The position numbers and the translations under genes are program-made. A DNA stretch of 64,000 bases from an uncultured Actinomycetes bacterium. Its GTDB lineage: Bacteria; Actinomycetota; UBA4738; HRBIN12. The DNA lies in assembly GCA_963704885.1 (NCBI GenBank), contig CAVPIB010000004.1:800001-864000 (forward strand). The letters are read 5' to 3'. Below the pieces are notes generated by a model. It was not told the origin of the DNA. It searched no databases and was given only the letters and a program-made list of their open reading frames with translations. Positions 28,674-36,482 of the stretch are shown piece after piece (position 1 is the stretch's first letter; each line of letters opens with the position of its first letter).

Positions 28674-28700
28674 AACGTGGGGAAGAGCGGAAGGTTGCTC
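28674..28700 (-). promoter_or_regulatory. Probable autoregulatory ECF promoter
   Basis: GAGCAACC-N15-CGTT, 21 bp before the sigma GTG start, with RBS agaggag between. Confidence 0.65.
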
Positions 28701-28792
28701 CTCGCTCCTGATACATCGGCCGGAACCCCTTCGCGACTGGAGCCCAGCCTAACACGATGGTGCGTGCGGACGGCCTATGTGTGGCCAGCGCG

Positions 28793-30070
28793 TCAGGCGG
28801 CGCCGTTGCCCACCCTGGCGTACAGCCGGTAGGTGGTGAACCCCGAGGCGGACCCCGCGTAGGACACGATCCGGGTCTGGGCGTCGACCCAGACGACCGA
28901 GCCCCCCTCGTTGATCCGCTGGTCGGCGGCCGTAGCGCCACGGATGACCGATGGGACCGACCACGCGCCGCCGGACGACTGGCTCCACAAGACCTGGACG
29001 CGCGTCAGACCGGAGCCGGTGTCACAGGAGGCCGAGCGGCACCCGCTCCACACGACCCCCATCGCCCCGGTGGCCCCGATCGCGACCTGGGCGTCGTACC
29101 CGCCGGAGGCGAGACCGGATCCGTTCCCGAAGCGCACCACGCGCTTAGCCGGCTGGAACGATCCGTTCCAGGGGCGGACCCAGAGCCCGGCAGACGTGGT
29201 CCACGCGAACGCGAGCCTGCTCCCGCGTCCGTCGACCGAGGGCGAGCCGCCGTTGGCACCACCACCGGCCGGAGCGAGCGTCGTCACGCGTCGCCACTTG
29301 CGTCCGCCGTTCGTGGAGACCGCCGCGCGAACGGCGCCTGCGGGCGTGGCCAGCCAGACCACACCGATGTTCGAGCCCGCGGCACCGACGCTCGTGAGTC
29401 CCAGACGGCCCTCGCCGCCCGTGTCCAGTCCGCGCGCCTTGCCCAGGACGTGGCGCTTCCACGTCTTGCCGTCGTCCCGGCTCACCGCCAGGCGGACCTC
29501 GCCCGTGTTGGCGTCGGTCCACGAGACGTATACCCGTCCCGCGGAGGCGGCCACCGACGGGGAGTCGACCCGGCCCTTCTGCTTGCTGAGCCGCACGACG
29601 GGACCCCAGGCGCCGGCAGCGCCGGCGCCGTCGTTGACTCGGAGATACAGGATCCTGCGCCCCGACGGGTTCTGGTGGTCGTAGCTCGCGCGCGTCGTCC
29701 ACACGGCGTAGAGGATGCTGCGATCGGCGGCGAGCGCAGCGCGCTCGGCGTGCCGCTTCGGTTGGCTGACCCGGACCGGCGAGCCCCAGTTGATGCCCCG
29801 ATCCTGCGAGGAGGTCAGGAACACTCCTTCATAAGGACCGTGGTCCGTGGCGAACGATCCGCCGACGTGGTCAGTGGTGATGAGTTGGTGAACGGCCAGG
29901 CCGGGACCGGATCCGGTCGCCGCGAGCGACGAGCCCGAGCTCCAGGCCCAGTCGGCCAGGGTGCGCTGGGGCCCCCAGGCGACCGCGGCGGACGCCGAAG
30001 GGACCGACCAGAGTGTGACGACGAGAGCCGTCGTCGACACGGCCGACAGGAAGCGGGAGAGAGCACGCAT
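28793..30070 (-). CDS. Secreted BNR/Asp-box (sialidase-like) beta-propeller protein
   Basis: Signal ending ASA; Asp-boxes SQDRGINW, SRDDGKTW and STNGGRKW. Confidence 0.75.
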   Translation of the reverse strand: MRALSRFLSAVSTTALVVTLWSVPSASAAVAWGPQRTLADWAWSSGSSLAATGSGPGLAVHQLITTDHVGGSFATDHGPYEGVFLTSSQDRGINWGSPVRVSQPKRHAERAALAADRSILYAVWTTRASYDHQNPSGRRILYLRVNDGAGAAGAWGPVVRLSKQKGRVDSPSVAASAGRVYVSWTDANTGEVRLAVSRDDGKTWKRHVLGKARGLDTGGEGRLGLTSVGAAGSNIGVVWLATPAGAVRAAVSTNGGRKWRRVTTLAPAGGGANGGSPSVDGRGSRLAFAWTTSAGLWVRPWNGSFQPAKRVVRFGNGSGLASGGYDAQVAIGATGAMGVVWSGCRSASCDTGSGLTRVQVLWSQSSGGAWSVPSVIRGATAADQRINEGGSVVWVDAQTRIVSYAGSASGFTTYRLYARVGNGAA

Positions 30071-30112
30071 GGTTCGGCCACCTTACCGGCCCGACAGATA
30101 GGCTCGGTTCCG

Positions 30113-31423
30113 ATGTCGGATCACAACCCCCCGCCCGAAGCCGGCGAGCCTTCGATCTCCCGGCGGACGTTCCTCGGCGGGTCACTCGTCCTGGCAGGGG
30201 GCGCCGTGGCGATCGCGGGAGACCAGGCAGCCGCCGAGTCGGGGCCGAAGGCGGAGGCCGCGTGCTCGACGGTCGACGAACGAGGCCTGCGGGTGGCCGT
30301 CCTCACCACCGCCCCTGCCCGCGTCCGCGTCGAGGCGTGGCCCTCTGGCGCCCCGAGAGACGTCGTTCGCAGCCGGTGGCGGCACACCAACGCCGCGGAT
30401 GTGGCCAAGGTCCGCTTGCCGGGCACCGATACCCCCGGGCGCGCATGGAGATGGCGAGCGATCGTGACGGCTCCTGGAGGTGGGCGCGAGGTCACCGACA
30501 GGACCCGTCGGATCCCCCGACGCCCTGCCCCCGGCGAGGCATCTGCATTCACCTTCGCGTTCGGGTCATGCATCCTTCAGAAGCACGCCATCCCGGCCCT
30601 ACGCGTCGCGCTGGAAGCTGAGCCGCAGTTCTTCGCGATGCTCGGCGACCTGGGGTACCAGGACGACCCGGAGCTACACCCCTACGCACAGACCTACGAT
30701 CGATACGCGGAGCTGTTCCGACGGATACTTCGCAGGCGGGACGTGGCTCGACTGCTGGCGGTCACTCCGATCTACGCGGTGCAGGATGACCACGACTACG
30801 GGCAGGACAACGCGTGGCGCGACACCGTCAAGTCCTATGCGGCACAGGCGTACGCGGACGTGATACCAGGAGCGAAGTGGCCGGGCGCCAACTACCGCCG
30901 TTGGTCGATCGGTCAGGTGGACTTCTTCCTTACGGACAACCGTCGCTTCAGGGACCCACCGAACCCGCCGTATCAGAACGGCTCCTACCGCAGTGTTCTA
31001 GGCACGGAGCAACGAACATGGCTGATGGATGGCCTTGCGTCGTCCACGGCACCTCTGAAGGTCGTGTTCATCCCGATGACGATGACATGGTACTGGTCCA
31101 AAGGGGAACGAACCGCAGTCTTGGATTCCATCGCCGACCGGGTCGATGGCACGGTGCTGTTCTGTTCCGGCGACAAGCACGCCGGAGCTTTCGTTCGTCA
31201 CACCGAGCGGGTCTGGGAACTCCTCGCCTCCCCGCTCCAGAACCCCACGAAGCACCGGACACCCGCGAGGCCGGGGGTGGTCTGGACGGAGAACGGTACG
31301 GGACGCGCGCTTTGGAACGTGGTCGGATTGGTGGATGTGGACACCCTCACAGCGCAGACGGCCACGCTCCGACTCGTCCGTGAAGACGGCGAGGAGTTGC
31401 ACAGAGAGATCCTGCAGCTCTAA
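30113..31423 (+). CDS. Tat-exported PhoD-like metallophosphoesterase
   Basis: SRRTFLGG Tat motif; FAFGSC, LGD..Y.D, DDHDY, D.RRFR, LG.EQ..WL and SGDKH. Confidence 0.85.
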   Translation: MSDHNPPPEAGEPSISRRTFLGGSLVLAGGAVAIAGDQAAAESGPKAEAACSTVDERGLRVAVLTTAPARVRVEAWPSGAPRDVVRSRWRHTNAADVAKVRLPGTDTPGRAWRWRAIVTAPGGGREVTDRTRRIPRRPAPGEASAFTFAFGSCILQKHAIPALRVALEAEPQFFAMLGDLGYQDDPELHPYAQTYDRYAELFRRILRRRDVARLLAVTPIYAVQDDHDYGQDNAWRDTVKSYAAQAYADVIPGAKWPGANYRRWSIGQVDFFLTDNRRFRDPPNPPYQNGSYRSVLGTEQRTWLMDGLASSTAPLKVVFIPMTMTWYWSKGERTAVLDSIADRVDGTVLFCSGDKHAGAFVRHTERVWELLASPLQNPTKHRTPARPGVVWTENGTGRALWNVVGLVDVDTLTAQTATLRLVREDGEELHREILQL

Positions 31424-31695
31424 CCGCGCGGGGTGCGGACGAGCAGCGCTTTCGGTCGGGGTGACGCAAGAGCGGGAACGTGTCGATGACTCGGTAGGCG
31501 ACGCTGAGGGTAGATCCACACGGCGGTCACACCGATGCCCATCTGCAAAGCGAACCACCATGTGAGGTACGACATCACGCCTTGAGTCACCAGGGGCACG
31601 AACGCGAGCAGGTACACAAGAGCCAGAACTCCGGCCGCCCACCTTCTGCGTTCCGATCGGGTTCGAGGATCGCTCACTAGATCCACCCACCTCAT
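31420..31695 (-). CDS. Small hypothetical membrane protein
   Basis: Two hydrophobic segments; fills the gap between phoD and the first GT gene. Confidence 0.45.
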   Translation of the reverse strand: MRWVDLVSDPRTRSERRRWAAGVLALVYLLAFVPLVTQGVMSYLTWWFALQMGIGVTAVWIYPQRRLPSHRHVPALASPRPKALLVRTPRG

Positions 31696-31787
31696 CTCAG
31701 GCCGAAACGTGAACTCCAACAGCCTAGACCGGCAAACCCCTCCGGGTCCCGGAAGCTGCCGGACTTGTTGCTATACCCTCGGAGACC

Positions 31788-33029
31788 GTGAGGATCCTCC
31801 ATGTGAACAAGTTCCTGTATCGGCGGGGTGGCGCCGAGGGCTACATGTTGGACGTCGCCTCACTCCAGGAGCGAGCGGGGCACGAGGTGGCGTTCTTCGC
31901 CATGCGGCACCCCGAGAACCTGGAGGCGCGCTATGAACGATGGTTCCCGTCGCAGATGGACTTCGACCCGGCACCTTCCGAACTGGGAGGGCGCCTCCGC
32001 GGCTCTGGACGGCTCCTGTGGTCAACATCTGCCGCCCGGGGGATGAACGAGGTGCTTGCCGACTTCCGCCCGGACGTCGTGCACCTTCACAACATCTACC
32101 ACCAGCTCTCCCCGTCGATCCTGCAGCCCGTCAGGCGACGGCGGATCCCGGCCGTCATGACGCTTCACGACTACAAGCTCGCGTGCCCCACGTATCGGTT
32201 CATCGATCACGGCGAGATCTGCGAGGCGTGCCTCCCCCACCGGTTCTGGGAACCGATCGCTCGGCGCTGCAACGGCGGATCGTTGGCGGCGAGCGCGCTC
32301 AACGCCGTCGAGATGACCCTCCACACGTTCGGACGGGCCTACGGACCGGTGCAGATCTTCGCGTGCCCCAGCCGTTTCCTGCTGGGCAAGATGGAAGCGG
32401 GCCGAGTCTTCCCGGACCGCCTGCGGTGGATCCCGAACTTCGTGGATCTGGACGCGTTCACTCCGAAGCAGGAACCTGGCGGTGACGTTGTCTTCGCGGG
32501 GAGACTCTCCGATGAGAAGGGCGTGGACGTCCTGGTCGAGGCCGTGGCAGGCCGTTCGGATCTCCGTCTGGACGTTGCGGGTGACGGCCCGGCACGCCCA
32601 CGGCTCGAGACGCTCGCCGCGGAGCGTGGCGCCGCCGACCGGATCCGGTTCCACGGGCGGCTTGCTGCGGATGCGCTCCAAGACCTGCTCCGATCGGCGA
32701 GCGTCGCGGTAGTCCCCTCACGCTGGTACGAGAACATGCCGCTCGCCGTGCTCGAGGCGTTCGCATCCGGGCTACCTGTCGTGGGGACGGCTCTCGGAGG
32801 CGTGCCCGAGCTGATCGAGCCGGGTGTCGACGGCGCGATCGTGGCTCCGAACGACCCAGCGGCTCTGGGTGAGACGCTCGCTGCATTCGTGGGCGAGCCG
32901 GAACGATCGATGACCCTGGGTCGGAACGCACGTGCCAAGGCCGAGCGCGAATACTCCCCGGCCGTGCACATGGAGCGGCTGGACGCGCTTTACGCGGAGG
33001 CCGCCACGCGATTGCAGGGCGTGGCATGA
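31788..33029 (+). CDS. GT4 family glycosyltransferase with Cys-rich insert
   Basis: NKFLYRRGGAE, PDVVHLHNIYHQLSPS, TLHDYKLACP, GRLS.EKG and PS.WYENMP..VLEA. Confidence 0.92.
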   Translation: MRILHVNKFLYRRGGAEGYMLDVASLQERAGHEVAFFAMRHPENLEARYERWFPSQMDFDPAPSELGGRLRGSGRLLWSTSAARGMNEVLADFRPDVVHLHNIYHQLSPSILQPVRRRRIPAVMTLHDYKLACPTYRFIDHGEICEACLPHRFWEPIARRCNGGSLAASALNAVEMTLHTFGRAYGPVQIFACPSRFLLGKMEAGRVFPDRLRWIPNFVDLDAFTPKQEPGGDVVFAGRLSDEKGVDVLVEAVAGRSDLRLDVAGDGPARPRLETLAAERGAADRIRFHGRLAADALQDLLRSASVAVVPSRWYENMPLAVLEAFASGLPVVGTALGGVPELIEPGVDGAIVAPNDPAALGETLAAFVGEPERSMTLGRNARAKAEREYSPAVHMERLDALYAEAATRLQGVA

Positions 33030-34156
33030 AGCGTCTGCGGATCGCCATGGTGGGCCAGCGAGGCGTCCCGGCGACCTTCGGCGGGATCGAGCACCACGTG
33101 GAGGAGTTGGGCTCCCGACTGGTCGAGCGGGGTCACGACGTGGTGGTCTACGCCCGCCCCAATTATCTGGAAGAGCCGATCCAGGAGCATCGGGGGATGC
33201 GGATCAAGGTGCTCCCAACGGTCAGCAGCAAGCACCTGGACGCCATCGTTCACAGCGGCGTTTCCACCGTGGCAGCGATGCGAGAGCGTGTGGACATCGT
33301 CCACTACCACGCGATCGGACCGGGCATCCCTGCGGTCTTGCCCAGGTTCGCGTCGCGGGCCAAGGTGGTCCTCACGGTGCACGGACGCGATAGCGAACGC
33401 GGGAAGTGGGGCGGCGGCGCCCGAACCGTGCTGCGGACCGCCGAGTGGATGTCCGCGAGGGTTCCCGACGCCACGATCGTGGTCTCGCGCGACCTGCAGA
33501 ACCACTACGCCGACGCCTACCGGCGCCGTACCTGGTACATCCCCAACGGGGTCGATCCGGGCGAGCCACTGGCCGCGAATGAGATCGCGAAGCGGTGGGG
33601 ACTCTCCAAAGGCTCCTACGTGTTGTTCGTGGGACGGCTTGTCCCCGAGAAGGCGCCGGACCTGCTGATCCGCGCGTTCCGACGTTTGCCGGGCGACCTA
33701 CGGCTGGTGATCGTGGGCGGCTCGAGCTTCACGGACGACTACGTCACATCGCTCGAGACGCTCGCGTCGCAGGACAACCGGGTGATCATGGCGGGATACG
33801 TGTATGGAGCCGTCCTCTCCGAGCTCTACTCCAACACCGCCGCCTTCGTGCTGCCGTCCGCGCTGGAGGGGCTGCCGCTCACCCTCCTCGAAGCCTCGTC
33901 GTTCGGGGCTCCGGTCGTGGTGAGCGACATCCCTCCGCACCTGGAGGTCGTGGGTGAGGACGCCCCAGGACATAGGGTGTTCACGAGCGGATCTGAAGAC
34001 GGGGCCGTTGCCGCGCTAGAGCGAGCGCTGGTTGATCCAGCCGTCGAAAGGGAGGCTGCGGCGGCCTTCCGAGCGGACGTGCTGGAGCGCTATCGCTGGG
34101 ATCGAGCGGTCGAGCGAACCGAGGAGGTCTACGCGTCGATCCTGCGACGCGGCTAG
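33026..34156 (+). CDS. GT4 family glycosyltransferase
   Basis: IAMVGQRGVPATFGGIE, FVGRLVPEK, LPS.LEGLP..LLEA and SDIP; ATGA overlap with the upstream GT. Confidence 0.92.
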   Translation: MKRLRIAMVGQRGVPATFGGIEHHVEELGSRLVERGHDVVVYARPNYLEEPIQEHRGMRIKVLPTVSSKHLDAIVHSGVSTVAAMRERVDIVHYHAIGPGIPAVLPRFASRAKVVLTVHGRDSERGKWGGGARTVLRTAEWMSARVPDATIVVSRDLQNHYADAYRRRTWYIPNGVDPGEPLAANEIAKRWGLSKGSYVLFVGRLVPEKAPDLLIRAFRRLPGDLRLVIVGGSSFTDDYVTSLETLASQDNRVIMAGYVYGAVLSELYSNTAAFVLPSALEGLPLTLLEASSFGAPVVVSDIPPHLEVVGEDAPGHRVFTSGSEDGAVAALERALVDPAVEREAAAAFRADVLERYRWDRAVERTEEVYASILRRG

Positions 34157-34160
34157 CGAG

Positions 34161-35405
34161 TCAGTCGTGTATCAGGATCGAAGCCCTGTGCGCGCCCAGG
34201 ACGACCGGCGCCGCGCGACGAAGGCCGGACCCACGGAGCGCGCTCAGTCCGACCCGGATGCGAGCAGCCGTCGGGTTCACTACCACTACCCCGTTCTCGA
34301 ACCGCCGGACGAACGCGCCACGGACGCGATGGGCGCGACCGAGCGGGTCCCCTAGATCGACCGACCAGAGGGGCCGAAACGAGGTCAGCCCGTGACCGAC
34401 CCGGAACGAGAAGTAGCCCTGGCCGGGCTGATAGCCCAGGAGGAACGTTCCCAGCGCGTACCGGTGTAGGGCCGTGCGTTGGCGCGACGAGGCCTCCGTC
34501 CACACCTTCGTCATGGAGAGGGCCCGCACACCGTGCTTCGCGACATCGGTGAGCATGCGAACGTCCTCCCGCCACTCCCAACGACCGCGGAAATCCTCGG
34601 CAGGAGCCGTCGGGTCACGGACGAAAGTCTCCGCCATGGCACCGTCCAAACCGTCAAGTAGGGAAGACGAAGGAACGTCGGCGAAGTATCGATCGCCGTT
34701 GGCGAGCCCGTTGCCGAATACGGCGGCTGGCGAGACCAGCCTGCGTGTCACGTTGGCGATCCGCCGGGTCGCGGAGAGCCAGGCAGCAGCGGTCCATGTG
34801 CCTCCCGTTCGAGGATCGACAGGCAGCGCCGTCACGTAGGCATCGCTCAACGGTGCAGTCCCCAACACGTCTAGGAAGCATCCGTCGTAGCCGCTCTCAC
34901 TCATGAAGGCGTCGCAGCGCCGGGCCACGTCGGCGATCCAGCCGGATCGATCCGGTCGCATCAGGTAGTTGCCGAACCCCAAGGACCGAACGCGGTCGCC
35001 GTTCGCGTCGGTCGCATACCAGGAGTCAGGGTAGGTGTCTCCCTCGTTCGACTGGGCCATGACCCCGTTCAGATACACAAGGAGGGTGAGGTCGGGGTTC
35101 GCGGCCTTCATGTCGGCCACGTACTTCGCATATGTCCCCTTGAGCGCCACGATGAGGTCGAAATCCCGAGCCTGGCGGAGTGCCCGCTCGCGAGAAACGT
35201 CGACGACGCCCGCCATGAAATCCGCGGCCCACACCGGGATGTGCTCGGGGTCGGCCGGCTGGTTAGAAGGAGCGGAGGCCGAACGGGTCGCTGAAGCTTC
35301 GTCAAGGTGCCCGCCGCCCGCGTGCGCGGGGATGGCTGATACCGAGATCGTCGCGATGAACGCGACGATCGAGGCTAGAACGTTCCTGGTCGTCCGGTTG
35401 GCCAC
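34161..35405 (-). CDS. Secreted putative glycoside hydrolase (GHL15/PF14885-like)
   Basis: Signal ending AHA; YDGCFLD, GNG, DGAMAE.F, YALGTFLLG, DLG.P.G and RRFENGVVVVNPT. Confidence 0.72.
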   Translation of the reverse strand: MANRTTRNVLASIVAFIATISVSAIPAHAGGGHLDEASATRSASAPSNQPADPEHIPVWAADFMAGVVDVSRERALRQARDFDLIVALKGTYAKYVADMKAANPDLTLLVYLNGVMAQSNEGDTYPDSWYATDANGDRVRSLGFGNYLMRPDRSGWIADVARRCDAFMSESGYDGCFLDVLGTAPLSDAYVTALPVDPRTGGTWTAAAWLSATRRIANVTRRLVSPAAVFGNGLANGDRYFADVPSSSLLDGLDGAMAETFVRDPTAPAEDFRGRWEWREDVRMLTDVAKHGVRALSMTKVWTEASSRQRTALHRYALGTFLLGYQPGQGYFSFRVGHGLTSFRPLWSVDLGDPLGRAHRVRGAFVRRFENGVVVVNPTAARIRVGLSALRGSGLRRAAPVVLGAHRASILIHD

Positions 35406-35424
35406 GTCGTTCCCTCCAGTCCAG

Positions 35425-35453
35425 GCATCGGCGGACCTGAAGGGCCCCTTTAG
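35425..35453 (-). promoter_or_regulatory. Sigma28/WhiG-like promoter
   Basis: TAAA-N16-GCCGAT, 21 bp upstream of GTG 35405. Confidence 0.45.
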
Positions 35454-35540
35454 CCATCCGGGGGACGCGAGGTAGCTCGGCTAGACTGGACCTTTGGCGG
35501 GCCGCGGAATCGCCGTCGGCCGGATCCCCCCGGGGGTGGC

Positions 35541-36482
35541 GTGAGCGCGAAGGTCCTCTACATCGCCGGCTCCGGCCGGAGCGGTAGCACCATCCTCGAC
35601 AACATCCTGGGACAGCTCGAGGGCTTCGTTTCCGCAGGTGAGGTGCGCTTCTTGTGGGAGCGGGGGATGCGGGAGGATCGCACCTGTTCGTGCGGAACGG
35701 CGTTCTCGTCGTGCTCCTTCTGGGGCGAGGTGCTCACGACGGCGTACGGCGACCGTGCAACGCCGGACCCGGAACGGATGATGGCCCTCCTGGCCCGAGG
35801 GACGCGGGCTAGGCACATCCCCCGGCTCGTCGGTTCGGCCCGTCGGCGAGAAGCGTTCGTAGGAGGGCTCGACGAGCTCCCCGACCGGCTCTCGTCGCTG
35901 TACGGAGCTATCGCCGATGCCGCCGGGGCCCGCGTCATCGTGGACTCGTCCAAGCTCCCCACATACGGGATGGTCTTGGATCAGGTCCCCGGCGTCGACC
36001 TGCGGATCGTGCACCTGGTGCGCGACCCACGCGCGACCGCATACTCGTGGCGCCGCAAGAAGTCGCTGCCAGACAAGCCTGGCAGCACTATGCAACGACA
36101 AGGTCCGCTGAAGGCCTCGGCACTCTGGATGCTCTGGAACGGAGCAGCGGGTGTGTTCTGGCGCAAGGACCGCGAGCGGTATCTACGGCTGCGCTACGAG
36201 GACTTCGTGCGGGATCCGAGATCGAGCATCGAGCGGGTCTGCGCATTCGTGGGCGAGGACCCAAGCGGGTCACCCTTCGTGTCGGAGACCGAGGTGGAGC
36301 TGACCCCGTCGCACTCGGTCGCGGGGAACCCGAGCCGGTTCACCACGGGACGCGTAGCGCTTTGGCCCGATGACGAGTGGCGAACCGCGATGCGCCCGAG
36401 AGACCGCGCGATAGTCACAGCCGTAACGTGGCCGCTGCTGTGGCGGTACGGGTACGTCGCGGGGACGCGCGGTGATGGTTAG
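35541..36482 (+). CDS. PAPS-dependent sulfotransferase (Sulfotransfer_3-like)
   Basis: 5'-PSB loop YIAGSGRSGSTIL, CSCG...C.FW, VDSSK, HLVRDPRA.AYS and LRYEDF..DP. Confidence 0.92.
   Translation: MSAKVLYIAGSGRSGSTILDNILGQLEGFVSAGEVRFLWERGMREDRTCSCGTAFSSCSFWGEVLTTAYGDRATPDPERMMALLARGTRARHIPRLVGSARRREAFVGGLDELPDRLSSLYGAIADAAGARVIVDSSKLPTYGMVLDQVPGVDLRIVHLVRDPRATAYSWRRKKSLPDKPGSTMQRQGPLKASALWMLWNGAAGVFWRKDRERYLRLRYEDFVRDPRSSIERVCAFVGEDPSGSPFVSETEVELTPSHSVAGNPSRFTTGRVALWPDDEWRTAMRPRDRAIVTAVTWPLLWRYGYVAGTRGDG

Noticed and set aside
28757-30112. 888-aa ORF extending PhoD by 450 aa
   Set aside because: The extension is antisense to the BNR gene, and the Tat signal begins at ATG 30113.
36479-36482. 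4-bp overlaps of convergent stop codons (also 31420..31423)
   Set aside because: A common compact-genome arrangement with no further signal.
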